Below are positions 1 through 9,773 of a DNA stretch of 64,000 nucleotides, in pieces. The DNA is taken from positions 40,912-104,911 of the forward strand of contig CAWIEK010000022.1 in assembly GCA_963835065.1 (NCBI GenBank). The letters are read 5' to 3'. Within the stretch, counting starts at the first letter, position 1; each line of letters starts with the position of its first letter. The notes below the pieces were generated by a model. The model searched no databases. It saw only the letters and a list, made by a program, of their open reading frames with translations, and had not been told where the DNA came from. Made by a program: the position numbers and the translations under genes. This DNA comes from an uncultured Chthonomonadaceae bacterium. Lineage in GTDB: Bacteria > Armatimonadota > Chthonomonadetes > Chthonomonadales > Chthonomonadaceae.

Positions 1-22
1 GGTTCGAGTCCCTCCGGGCGCA
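1..22 (+). tRNA. 3' fragment of a tRNA cut by the window edge (possibly tRNA-Arg; anticodon not in window)
   Basis: GGTTCGAGTCC T-loop followed by acceptor 3' strand CGGGCGC and discriminator A. Confidence 0.65.
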
Positions 23-35
23 TTGAAGTTTTTTC

Positions 36-64
36 TTGACAGATAGCGTAAATTATGGCATACT
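36..64 (+). promoter_or_regulatory. sigma70-type promoter for tRNA-His
   Basis: TTGACA (36-41), 17-bp spacer, TGn extended -10, CATACT (59-64), 12 nt upstream of the tRNA. Confidence 0.7.
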
Positions 65-76
65 GTTGGTGTTTAT

Positions 77-151
77 GGCGATTTTAGTTCAGTTGGTTAG
101 AACGCCTGTTTGTGGAGCAGGAGGTCACCGGTTCAAATCCGGTAAGTCGCC
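77..151 (+). tRNA. tRNA-His (GTG), CCA not encoded
   Basis: Full cloverleaf: G-1:C73 pair, acceptor GCGATTT/AAGTCGC, anticodon arm CCTGT-TT-GTG-GA-GCAGG, T arm ACCGG-TTCAAAT-CCGGT. Confidence 0.93.
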
Positions 152-180
152 CTTATCTGTAAATTGTAAGTAAACGAGGC

Positions 181-567
181 TTATAGTGAAAAACTATAAG
201 CCTCGTTTGTTATGCGGTCTGTGGCGACATTTGCCATATCGTAATCAACCATGTTACGCTTACGTCGGCACGTATCAAAATAAGCAGCCAGCGCTGTCAT
301 ACTGGACCCCATTGCCAGTTCGACAGCCTCAAAAGTGGTTTGATGATGCCCTATTCCGGTGACGCGGTAGCCTTTGCAGGCGAGAACCATTTTGGCGATT
401 TGCAGCACGGCGTTGTAGGCAGTGGCAAAGCGGCGGTCCGCGGAAAGATCGGGAATAACCGCATCCGCCAGATCACGCGCCACTACCGCCCGAAGCGCGG
501 TCAGTTCCGCTAAACTGGTGACATGCGTTCTCACTTTTTTGTCGGCTAAGAGCTGTGACCAACTCAT
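181..567 (-). CDS. HEPN-domain protein, putative toxin of an MNT-HEPN pair
   Basis: 128 aa helical ORF with AYNA motif, GHH and R-N-x3-Y (RNMVDY); overlaps the upstream nucleotidyltransferase. Confidence 0.7.
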   Translation of the reverse strand: MSWSQLLADKKVRTHVTSLAELTALRAVVARDLADAVIPDLSADRRFATAYNAVLQIAKMVLACKGYRVTGIGHHQTTFEAVELAMGSSMTALAAYFDTCRRKRNMVDYDMANVATDRITNEAYSFSL

Positions 568-1141
568 CTTCGCTTCCTTTTAAGTAGATTTTGGCTGCGT
601 TCAAAACGGTGGTAACGAAGTGATTGCCTTCCTCCGCTTTATGCGCAAACTCCTGCCAGGTGAACAGCGTGGGATTGACCGGACGCCGCAGTTGCTTTTC
701 CGCTTCACGTAAGGCCGGGGCTAACTCCACGAGGCGCAACTCTCCGATAAGCATCAGGTCAATGTCACTGGCGGACGTTTCCTCATTTCGCGCGAACGAG
801 CCATAAACGAAGGCAAATTCCGTTTGCGTCCAATAAGGTTGAAGTATCTCCTGTAAAACGTCCGCAACACCAACGGTTTTTATAAGCAACCCGCGCAGTT
901 CCGGCAGTATAGGGCACTGAGCGTCGGGTTGGTAGTAAACCCTGTTGCCGTCCCGACGACTTACAAGTATGCCTGCTTCCACCAGGGAGAACAATTCCCG
1001 TTGCAAACTTGACGGCGTGACATGCAGATAATGCGTCAGGTCGCTCATGTACCACCAGCGCTCAGGATGCAAAATGGTGGCTGCAAGAACAGATTGGCGC
1101 GTCTTCGGCATCAAACTATCCAAAAGGAGGGTTGTACGCAT
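473..1141 (-). CDS. wHTH + minimal nucleotidyltransferase (MNT) antitoxin
   Basis: N-terminal winged HTH (SSLQRELFSLVEAGIL..RRDGNRVYY), then YGSFAR..SDIDL nucleotidyltransferase motif. Confidence 0.85.
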   Translation of the reverse strand: MRTTLLLDSLMPKTRQSVLAATILHPERWWYMSDLTHYLHVTPSSLQRELFSLVEAGILVSRRDGNRVYYQPDAQCPILPELRGLLIKTVGVADVLQEILQPYWTQTEFAFVYGSFARNEETSASDIDLMLIGELRLVELAPALREAEKQLRRPVNPTLFTWQEFAHKAEEGNHFVTTVLNAAKIYLKGSEDELVTALSRQKSENACHQFSGTDRASGGSGA

Positions 1142-1151
1142 ATTGCGTACA
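1133..1151. promoter_or_regulatory. Palindromic operator overlapping the MNT start codon
   Basis: TGTACGCA-TAT-TGCGTACA, perfect 8-bp arms. Confidence 0.55.
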
Positions 1152-1215
1152 TTATTACGCAAATTGTGTAAAAGCGCAAGGTGAAGTTTATACTTTTCAC
1201 TCACTTCTGATGGCT

Positions 1216-4200
1216 CTACTCCACATACACAAACTCGTTCAGGCCGAATAAGGTTTGGCAGAAGTCTGTCAGGGCGAGTTGGGATGCGTTGTTTTGGCCT
1301 TGCGCCTGATAGGAAGCGGCTTGCTGCTGTAGAAAGGTGAGCGCGTCGGTCAGTTCCACATTGGAGGGGGCGCGGCTCAGGGCGAGCAGGTACGCGGCAC
1401 GGACGGCTTCAGCGGGGGGTGTTTGCTCGGTGGGCGCGGCGCGATTGGCGAACTGCATAGCATACCGGCGCACATTCGGGCTGTTCATCAGCATCAGGGC
1501 TTGCGGGGCAACAGTTGTCACCTGCCGCGCGCCGATGCTTTGCAGCGAATCGGGGCCGTCGAACAGGCGCAGGGTGGGAATCAGGCGGCTGCGCTTGATG
1601 GTGAAATAGATGCTGCGGCGCGTCATACCCTCGTCCAGCGTTCCCGGCCCGAACAGGCTTGCGTCCAGCAGGCCGGCAACACTGAGCATATTGTCGCGGA
1701 CGATTTCGGCTTCCATGCGCTGACGCGGGTGCCGCCAGACGAGTTTATTATCCGGGTCGAGTTTCAGTTTCTTCGGGTCGGGCAGGGAGGATTGGCGATA
1801 CGCCGCGCTGCACAGCATCAGCTTGTGGAGCGGCTTGAGCTGCCAGTTGTTTCTAATCAATTCACTCGCAAGCCAGTCCAGCAGTTCGGGATGCGTGGGC
1901 TTGTCGCCCTGTGTGCCGAAGTCGCTTGGCGTGGAAACGATGCCCCTGCCGAAATGGTGCTGCCACAGCCGGTTGACGATTACGCGCGCCAATAACCCGC
2001 CCGCGCCATTGTCCACATCCGTCATCCAACTGGCGAGCGAACGTCGGCGGTACGAGGTATGCCAGCCCTGCGGCGGCGCGGTTTGCCAGCGTTTTTCGTC
2101 CACGCCGTCGCGCATCAGGACTTGCAGAAACGACTGCGTTGCAATTCCCTGCTTCTGGTTCGGGTCGCCGCGCTTGAGGAAATACGTTTGCTCCAGAAAG
2201 TCGCCGCCCTGCGTGTGCGTCCGAATGGCCGTCACGCCCTCGCTGCACACCATCACTTTTTCGATACGCGGTTTGGGCACAAACGCGAGATGCTCCTGTA
2301 CGGCCTTGTTCCGCGCCTGCCATCCCGCATCCTGCGTTCGATACCAGGCAAGCAGCGCGGCCCGATCCTGTTCCCCAATGGTTTGTCCGGCATGAAGCGC
2401 TGTCAACGCGCTGTCTGCCTGTGAAGGCCGAACGGGCGCGTTCAAGGCAAGCGGGGTTTCCCCATCCGCCAGTGACAGGCGCAACCGCCCGATATTATGG
2501 CCCGTGTTGTTCTCGAATTTGAGCGTAAAGGTCAAAAGCGCGCCGCCTGAGAAATCAATGGGCGCGTCAAAGACAAATGCCGCCGCATGATCCTTGCCGA
2601 ACTGTGGATCAATCGCCCAGGCGGATTTAGGGTCAGCGTCAATTGTGGCGGTAATGGGCAGTCCCTTTTGCTCAAAAGTGGCGCGGGGCAAACGGAGTTT
2701 TACCTCGGTTGCCGCTGCGTTGCCGTCACTCGGCTTTGCCGTCACGCGCAGGTCGGTCAGGGCGAAGTTTCCGTTGGGCGCGCGTCCGGGTCCGCCTTTC
2801 ACCAGGGATGGATCCGCCAGCGCTTCCAGCCGAAAACCCGTGATGTGTTTCAGGCCGGCGCGAACCACGATGGTATACGTATCGAAGTCGGGGTTTTTGC
2901 CCGTTGCCAGCAGGGAACCGTCCGGCTGTGGAACGAACGCCGCGCCCCCGGCGGAATTGGCGCTGACCGTTTCCGGCAAATGCCAGGCAATCGGCAGGTT
3001 TTTACTCGCGGGGCTTTTGATCCACGCTTCCAGCTTTTGCGGCAACTGTTCGCGTTCGTAGCGCGTCAAGTCTGCGGCAAGCGGGGCGTGTTCCTGATCG
3101 AACTTGGTTTTCGCCTGCTTGTAACCTTCCGGGTCCATGTCCACATCCATGTCGCTGCGAACGGTCGTGGTGAAGGTGGACAGCAGGCGGTAATAATCCT
3201 GATTGGGAATGGGGTCGTACTTGTGGTTGTGGCAGCGGGCGCAGCCGACAGTCAGGCCGAGCATGGCAACGCCCGTCGTCGCCGTCATGTCGTCAAGTTC
3301 GTCGTAGCGCTCTTTTTCCACCTGATTTTTCGTGATCTGTGTGGCGTGCGTACCCGCGCCGAGAAAGCCGGTCGCCATCAATGCTAGCGGGTTTTCGGGC
3401 GCGATTTCATCCCCGGCAAGCTGCCACTGCACGAATTGATTGTACGGCATATCCGCGTTAAGCGCCTTGATGACAAAATCGCGGTAGTGGTAGGCATACG
3501 GGCGGTCATAATCCTGCTCGTAACCGTGACTTTCGGCAAAGCGGGCCAAATCCAGCCAGTGCCGCCCCCAGCGTTCGCCATAGTGCGGGCTTGCCAGCAG
3601 GCGATCCACCATCCGCTCGTAAGCGTCAGGGGTTGTGTCACCCACAAACGCCTGTACCTCTTCGGGCGTGGGCGGCAGGCCAATCACATCAAAATAGGCG
3701 CGGCGAATCAGCGTCCGCTTATCGGCCTGCGAGTTGGGCGCAATGCCTGTTGTCTCTAATTTACTGAGAACAAAGCGGTCTATAGGATTGCGACACCAGC
3801 CGGAATTTTTAACGGATGGCGCAGGCGTTCGCTTCAAGGGCTGAAACGCCCAATGTCTGCGTCCTGCCGTAAGGTCCATGCCGCTCGCCGCAGCCGGAGG
3901 GTTCGCGCCCGGAGTTTTGCCGTTTGCAGCCTTGTCGCCTGCGCGGGGGTCGGGAGCGCCGCGCTTCACCCACTCCGCTAATAGCGCGATTTCCTTTTCC
4001 GATAATTTCCCCGTCGGCGGCATGGCGGCAACACCGGGCTTGTGCTGCACGGCCTGTAGAAGCCGGCTTTTCTCCGGTTCCCCCGGCACAATCACCGCCC
4101 CATTCGCGCCCCCCTGCATCCATCCCGCCCGCGTGTCCAAACGCAAGCCGCCCTGCGGCGTAGTGCGTTTTGGCGGAATGGCAGGCATAGCACTTTTCCG

Positions 4201-4335
4201 CCAAAAGCGGACGAATGTTCTGCTCAAAGAAATTGGCGCATTTTGTGGCTCAAGGGGCGCGTTCTGCGGAACAGCTGTAGTTGAGACTGTCAACAGCAAC
4301 GCAGATGTTGTAAACAGGAGTGAAGTTAATTTCAT
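1216..4335 (-). CDS. Planctomycete cytochrome c / DUF1549 / DUF1553 (PSD1) protein
   Basis: [54 protein letters not shown]; the N-terminal CYACH heme motif lies in another frame near 4190 (local indel pair). Confidence 0.9.
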   Translation of the reverse strand: MKLTSLLFTTSALLLTVSTTAVPQNAPLEPQNAPISLSRTFVRFWRKSAMPAIPPKRTTPQGGLRLDTRAGWMQGGANGAVIVPGEPEKSRLLQAVQHKPGVAAMPPTGKLSEKEIALLAEWVKRGAPDPRAGDKAANGKTPGANPPAAASGMDLTAGRRHWAFQPLKRTPAPSVKNSGWCRNPIDRFVLSKLETTGIAPNSQADKRTLIRRAYFDVIGLPPTPEEVQAFVGDTTPDAYERMVDRLLASPHYGERWGRHWLDLARFAESHGYEQDYDRPYAYHYRDFVIKALNADMPYNQFVQWQLAGDEIAPENPLALMATGFLGAGTHATQITKNQVEKERYDELDDMTATTGVAMLGLTVGCARCHNHKYDPIPNQDYYRLLSTFTTTVRSDMDVDMDPEGYKQAKTKFDQEHAPLAADLTRYEREQLPQKLEAWIKSPASKNLPIAWHLPETVSANSAGGAAFVPQPDGSLLATGKNPDFDTYTIVVRAGLKHITGFRLEALADPSLVKGGPGRAPNGNFALTDLRVTAKPSDGNAAATEVKLRLPRATFEQKGLPITATIDADPKSAWAIDPQFGKDHAAAFVFDAPIDFSGGALLTFTLKFENNTGHNIGRLRLSLADGETPLALNAPVRPSQADSALTALHAGQTIGEQDRAALLAWYRTQDAGWQARNKAVQEHLAFVPKPRIEKVMVCSEGVTAIRTHTQGGDFLEQTYFLKRGDPNQKQGIATQSFLQVLMRDGVDEKRWQTAPPQGWHTSYRRRSLASWMTDVDNGAGGLLARVIVNRLWQHHFGRGIVSTPSDFGTQGDKPTHPELLDWLASELIRNNWQLKPLHKLMLCSAAYRQSSLPDPKKLKLDPDNKLVWRHPRQRMEAEIVRDNMLSVAGLLDASLFGPGTLDEGMTRRSIYFTIKRSRLIPTLRLFDGPDSLQSIGARQVTTVAPQALMLMNSPNVRRYAMQFANRAAPTEQTPPAEAVRAAYLLALSRAPSNVELTDALTFLQQQAASYQAQGQNNASQLALTDFCQTLFGLNEFVYVE

Positions 4336-4603
4336 TATTCTAGCATTCAGTTCAGGAGATTGCGCCAGCGGATCACACCGTGGAGAATTTGTGTATCATT
4401 GTGTCAGTATATCATAAACCGTTCATAACAGGCGACAGTCAGGCGAATGTGAGGACCGTTCTGAATGTTGAGAGGGCGTGACAGCATGTAATCGGGGAGG
4501 CAGTCACCACATTCATCATGTCAAGAAAGCGCTTGCGTAGCGGGTCACAGTCCGCGCGTAGATTGGACATCTCAAAAACTACGCATGGGCTACTTCGGGT
4601 TAT

Positions 4604-5427
4604 TTATTCTACAGTGAGTTGGAGCAATTCTTCTTCTACTTGATGAATGTCGTGCTGCAGTCGTTCGCTTTGTAATTTCAAAACCACTCCAGTTGCCGGG
4701 TTCAAATTAGTAAGAAGCGCATCATTAACAGCCGTATACTGTTTAAGGAACAGTGAGAGCCGCTCTTGCAGCGCTTTTTGTTGAACTGCTGAGAGACGTG
4801 AAGTTTTTTTGGAAGCTGTAGTGGAAGGCGGAGCAGTAAAAAGGGAACAGGGACTGTTTTGCCAGATATCAGCAATATGTTCCACTGAGAGAGCTAATCC
4901 CGTTTTGCCATCGCCGTAGCGATGACTGACGACTCCGATGACAGCGCCGGATGACTCGTGTATCACCGGCGCTCCACTGTACCCAGGCTGCAGGTTGAAG
5001 GCATCGAGGATGCTTAAGTCCCACGCGCGAACGGTACTGTCCTGATTTGTTGTGACTAATCCAATCTGCCCGCCTAGTGCACTGTGCAAAGGCGGCAAAG
5101 GAACGGCGAAAACTCTGAAATCCCATGCTCAGAAACGTATCGCCCGTTTGGCCGGTGCGCTGCAACCTGAAACACGGCTTTTCTGTCAATCCCTCCACGC
5201 GCAGAACAGCCAGGTCGGGGAAGCCGTCTTGACCTATGGCGACTATGGTGGCGGGTAGTCCCGCCACCTTTATCTGTGTTTCACCACCGACCGCCGCGAT
5301 GACATGGGCACAAGTTACAATATAGGTCGCCTGCCCATCATGGCAGACGAGGAAACCCGTGCCGAATCCGTGCGATTTGGCTTCCTGGCTGCCAATAAAC
5401 GAAAGAGGAGAAAAAGTCAGGCTTCAT
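4604..5427 (-). CDS. Trypsin-like serine peptidase with C-terminal EAD9-like helical domain (frameshifted)
   Basis: Across frames: FGTGFLV, TCAHV (His), DLAVL (Asp), GYSGAPV (Ser); C-terminal ~60 aa two-helix domain. Confidence 0.8.
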
Positions 5428-5463
5428 AATAATGTTTCCGGCAGCTTTGCGTAACAGGGTGGC

Positions 5464-5780
5464 TTATGGTATTGACAGGGGTTTGATAATGAGCTTGACT
5501 TTCAAGTTGGCTCCTGCCTTTGACTTTGTTACATACAGATTTCCATCCAATCGAAGATCAAGTTAAATTCGACTTCGGCTTGTTCAATATGCATCTCCTT
5601 GTTGAGTTCGTTCCAGGTGTTGATGATGGGGCGGCAAATTTTGATCAGGGCAGGACGGATAGCATCAACAGTTTCGTCTATTTTGGTAGCGAAACCTCCC
5701 GCCACGGGCGTTGCCTGATCGTCAGGAACATCAACCTCTACCAGAGTGTCGTCTTGCAGGCGAATCAGTGTGACAGCCAT
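5464..5780 (-). CDS. Trypsin-co-occurring domain 1 (Trypco1 / CU044_2847-like) protein (one frameshift)
   Basis: MAVTLIRLQDDTLVEV..EQAEVEFNL continues after a shift as GNLYVTKSKAGANLKVKLII; AAGGAG RBS; directly upstream of a trypsin gene. Confidence 0.75.
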
Positions 5781-5803
5781 TAACTTCTCCTTGAAGGCAG
5801 CGC

Positions 5804-7591
5804 TTACTTGCCGCCTTTTGCGGTGGGAATTTGCGTGGACGGTTTCATAGCAATATCTTCCGCCCATTTTGCCGGTAAAAACGTGAGCGTGTCAAAAGAT
5901 ACAAAAAGATTGCCCTGCGAAAGCAATGTCGTGTATCCAGGATGCTGTTGCGGTTCCAAAAACACGTAGGGCACGTCTATTAGGAATCCCAGGTCATTCG
6001 TCCCGGATAATGCGAACGTTTGTGGGGTTGCCGAAGACAAGTCGGGACGAAAGCCATAGTCTATCGCAAGATTTTGCATGGGCTTAGAAAGCAGGAACCC
6101 GATGAAGGCATCTGTAGACTGGCGTGTTGATACGGACCAATCTCCATAAAGGCTGGCAGCCGAGATAGGTACATCCAGTGTAGGATTAGGATAAACGACG
6201 CGCAAGTTGACGTTATCATGGCTTTTAAAATACATAAAAGCATCGGATTTATAGCCGATAACGACATCTGCCATTCCCGCGTTTTGCCCCGCGCTATTCG
6301 CCGCAAACGGGGTATTGACCTGAGCGTTGTCTGTTACATTGGCGAAATCCTGTATGAATTGCAGTAGCCCCTTATCTTTGAAGGTAACGCCAGGATGTCG
6401 GCGCTCGTATTCGGATACTATCAGCACAAGCGCAGCAAGACCTGCGTGAAATTTGACGGGATCGGCCATGAAGATATGGCATGGTTGACCGGCATAGATC
6501 GGATCAATTACTTTCCATGTGTTCAGAACAATATCGTGAAGCAACTGCCATGTGTTGCCCTGATACTGTGATTCAACCATCTGGTTGAATTTCTCTGCCC
6601 GGTCAGCAGGCACAACCAATACGAGACGCGAATGGAGAAGCGTTCGAGCGCTGCTTAGATTGACAATATCTATGGGCTGATTGAGTACTTTGGGATCTCT
6701 CCAGTCCCTATTTAATTTGCCGATCCAGTAGTTATCGTCCGGGCAGTAAAGCGCGGGACGCCCCTGGGTCTGGTAGCTGAGACCCTTTCCACTGTGAGTG
6801 ATGATGTTTTCTTTATAGAGAATGCATTGCTTGCCATCTCGTGAGCCATAGGGTACAATGCTGCCGGGCAATTGCTGCCCCATATTCCGAAAACTATCCG
6901 CAGCCTGCTCCATCCACGCTTGCGAACTATCCGAGCAGAAGGCCAGTGGGTTCGTTTCTACATGAACTACGCTGTCTGTCGCATAGTTCGCCGGAATAAC
7001 TGGCGTGGGAGGCTCATGCGAGACTCCCAGCACCAGCAAAATGCTGCAAACTGCAGAAAACAGGATAAATAAGTGTGTATAGGTGTTGTTGGAAACACCG
7101 GTTTTAGTATGAGTGGATATCCCGGGTGGGTACGGTAATTCACCTCCCGGCGGCGGAATTGATTTTCGGGTAGCGAGTTCCCGATGTATAGCGTCCTGCA
7201 AGGATTCTGCATTTAGAATAGAAGGACATATCGCTGCATTAGGACACGCAGAAACGAACATGTCAACTTTATTCAGAACCTCTTTAATAGTCAACGTACC
7301 TGCATCTGTTTTTATACTTAGTGTGGCGACGAATCGTTGTTTCAAATCGTCGTATTCCATCTCATCTTGAAGCAACAATTCATCAAGACGTGCCTGTTCG
7401 GACTTGATTTGTTCCTCGAATTCTGTTATTTGGGCGGACAATGTTTCTATGACAACAGCGTCAGTAGACAGCAGGCGTCTACTATATAATTTAGTCAATA
7501 CTCTTAATTTGAACTCAAGAGATTGATGTAGATTATGTTTTTCATGCTCTCGTTGTTGATATGAAGTGTTCCGTAACATGGTCATTTCCAA
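5804..7591 (-). CDS. Membrane protein: N-terminal EAD9-like helical domain, one TM helix, extracytoplasmic solute-binding-protein domain
   Basis: TM segment LFILFSAVCSILLVLGV; SBP-like motifs SRLVLVV, MADP..HAG, VVYPNPT, FLLSKPMQ..A..YGFRP. Confidence 0.7.
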   Translation of the reverse strand: MEMTMLRNTSYQQREHEKHNLHQSLEFKLRVLTKLYSRRLLSTDAVVIETLSAQITEFEEQIKSEQARLDELLLQDEMEYDDLKQRFVATLSIKTDAGTLTIKEVLNKVDMFVSACPNAAICPSILNAESLQDAIHRELATRKSIPPPGGELPYPPGISTHTKTGVSNNTYTHLFILFSAVCSILLVLGVSHEPPTPVIPANYATDSVVHVETNPLAFCSDSSQAWMEQAADSFRNMGQQLPGSIVPYGSRDGKQCILYKENIITHSGKGLSYQTQGRPALYCPDDNYWIGKLNRDWRDPKVLNQPIDIVNLSSARTLLHSRLVLVVPADRAEKFNQMVESQYQGNTWQLLHDIVLNTWKVIDPIYAGQPCHIFMADPVKFHAGLAALVLIVSEYERRHPGVTFKDKGLLQFIQDFANVTDNAQVNTPFAANSAGQNAGMADVVIGYKSDAFMYFKSHDNVNLRVVYPNPTLDVPISAASLYGDWSVSTRQSTDAFIGFLLSKPMQNLAIDYGFRPDLSSATPQTFALSGTNDLGFLIDVPYVFLEPQQHPGYTTLLSQGNLFVSFDTLTFLPAKWAEDIAMKPSTQIPTAKGGK

Positions 7592-7642
7592 GACGCGCTT
7601 CGCATGCGTTACAGTTGATTGGCGAATGAAGGCATTGCTGTC

Positions 7643-9391
7643 TTACATCTGACGCGGACTCACGGATGGGTCGCGGTCGGAGTAAGCAGGAGCATCCAAT
7701 TCACTTATGTCCAGACCGATGTCTTCATGAGGCGCTTCGGAGCGAATGCCGCCGGGAAGCTTGAACAGCTTGCGCCAGCAGGCATTTTGCAGCCGAAAGA
7801 ACAGGTAAGCAGCGCCGAACGCCCAAACAAAACTCACGACGCAACTGATCACTTGCGCTCCTAATTGCCCCCAATCGCCATATATCGCGCCGGTTACGCC
7901 CAAATTGGAATGACCGAGGTAAGTTTTGTCGCCGACGCCATTCCAGTTCACTCCATACGTGCCATCCGCAAAAAGACCTACGGAGAGTAGTCCCCACAGG
8001 CCACAGACGCCATGCACGGCAACGGCCCCTACAGGATCATCCACCTTTTTTTGTTCTATAAGGCGACAGGCGATGCAGACCAGAACGCCCGCAATCAGTC
8101 CAATGAGAACTGCAAAGGGTGCGTTTACAAAGGCGCAGGGCGCGGTGATGGCGACCAATCCTGCCAGCATCCCGTTCGCGCACATGGCAGGATTAGGTTT
8201 TTTGTAAATGGACCACCAGTAAGTCATTGCCGCGATAGTGCCGCCTGCCGAAGCCAGCATGGTATTTGTCGCGATAACTCCGATACGCAATGCCCCCCCG
8301 CCGGACGCGCCCAATGTCGAACCTGGATTGAACCCAAACCATCCGAAGGCAAGTACCAGCGTACCCAACAAGGCCATTGGCAAATTATGCGGTCGAAACT
8401 CCGCTGAGGCAGTCTCTTTTGAAACACTCTCGCCATTCTCACCGGTGTGATCGGCAGTTTTGTTATCAAACCGCCCGCGTCGCGGTCCGAGTACAATGGC
8501 TCCTGCGAGCGCTGCCCATCCCCCAACGGCATGCACAACGCCGGAACCGGCAAAATCTACCGCGCCATGTCCCAACGACAGACCATGCCCCTGCGCCCAT
8601 GTGCCTAAATTTGCAAGCCAACCGCCTCCCCATACCCAGTGCCCGTAAAGCGGATAAAGGAACATAGACGCGAACAGGGCATAGCCTACAAAGGCTGAAA
8701 AACGCCAGCGCTCCGCCATAGCGCCAGTTGGGATGGTAGCCATCGTATCCATGAAGACCATCTGAAACAGGAACATCGTGAATACGCCAACATCATAGAA
8801 GTTAACGGACAGAAAGAAACCATGCGTTCCCACAAGGCCATGAAAGTCTGGCCCTGCCAGTGGATGAATGCCCCCAAGGCTGGCGGGCGGCGCTCCCATT
8901 CCGCCAAACATCAAGGCAAAGCCCACGGCCCAGAAACCTAGGATACATAGCGGATATACAATAAGGTTTGTCATGAAGACATGCGTTGCGTTTCTCGCGC
9001 GGCAAAGGCCACACTCCAGCAACGCGAAGCCCACCTGCATGAACATTACCAGATACCCGGTCACCAGGGTCCAAACAATGTTAATGGCGATTCGATTTTG
9101 ACCTACAGCATCGGAAAGGGCTGCCGCTAAGGGTTCACTGCTCCCTTTATTCCGCCAGGCGTCTGAGGACGTGAGGGCTGTGCCATCTGCGTTCAGAACA
9201 TCATCATGATTGCCTGTAACGCTTCCCCCAGGATCACCGGTGAAATTGCCTTTTGCCGCGCCTTGCGCCGTTCCTGTTACAGGAACGCACAGGAACAGCA
9301 AAGTCCAGAATAAGGCTATCATCATTAGGACAGGACGAAACATGTGGCGCGGCAATATGTCGGCATGTTTCACACACGGCAAGCCTTTCAT
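7643..9391 (-). CDS. amt: Ammonium transporter (Amt family)
   Basis: FMQVGFALLE, FQMVF, GAMAER, DFAGSGVVH, GWFGFN, NGMLAGLVAIT, DDPVGAVAVHG, EDIGLD; twin His intact. Confidence 0.96.
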   Translation of the reverse strand: MKGLPCVKHADILPRHMFRPVLMMIALFWTLLFLCVPVTGTAQGAAKGNFTGDPGGSVTGNHDDVLNADGTALTSSDAWRNKGSSEPLAAALSDAVGQNRIAINIVWTLVTGYLVMFMQVGFALLECGLCRARNATHVFMTNLIVYPLCILGFWAVGFALMFGGMGAPPASLGGIHPLAGPDFHGLVGTHGFFLSVNFYDVGVFTMFLFQMVFMDTMATIPTGAMAERWRFSAFVGYALFASMFLYPLYGHWVWGGGWLANLGTWAQGHGLSLGHGAVDFAGSGVVHAVGGWAALAGAIVLGPRRGRFDNKTADHTGENGESVSKETASAEFRPHNLPMALLGTLVLAFGWFGFNPGSTLGASGGGALRIGVIATNTMLASAGGTIAAMTYWWSIYKKPNPAMCANGMLAGLVAITAPCAFVNAPFAVLIGLIAGVLVCIACRLIEQKKVDDPVGAVAVHGVCGLWGLLSVGLFADGTYGVNWNGVGDKTYLGHSNLGVTGAIYGDWGQLGAQVISCVVSFVWAFGAAYLFFRLQNACWRKLFKLPGGIRSEAPHEDIGLDISELDAPAYSDRDPSVSPRQM

Positions 9392-9773
9392 AGCTGTTTT
9401 CCTTGAAAATTATGGATAATCGAGCAAGACAGAGAATACAGGCTTCCTGTTAAACACAAAGATTTCGTCAGTAAGCCTTGTTTAGGATTATCGCAGGTAA
9501 GCCTGCCGCCATTACTATTATGCAAATAATTCTCATTTCCTTCATTCCTATACAAATTTACAATAAAATTTTAGAGTGAAAATAGTCACGCCATTGGTCT
9601 ACAACATTGTCAGGGAGATTGTGTGAGATGGATACGTAATGGTGATTATAGCAGGAGGCAGAAGTGGATACAGGAGGAGGGCAAATATATCTGCAAAGTG
9701 AAATTGAAGGGGTGAAATGTCCAATGAAAATTCCCTGCCGAGCGTGGAGGCTGGGCAGGGAATTATCATACTA

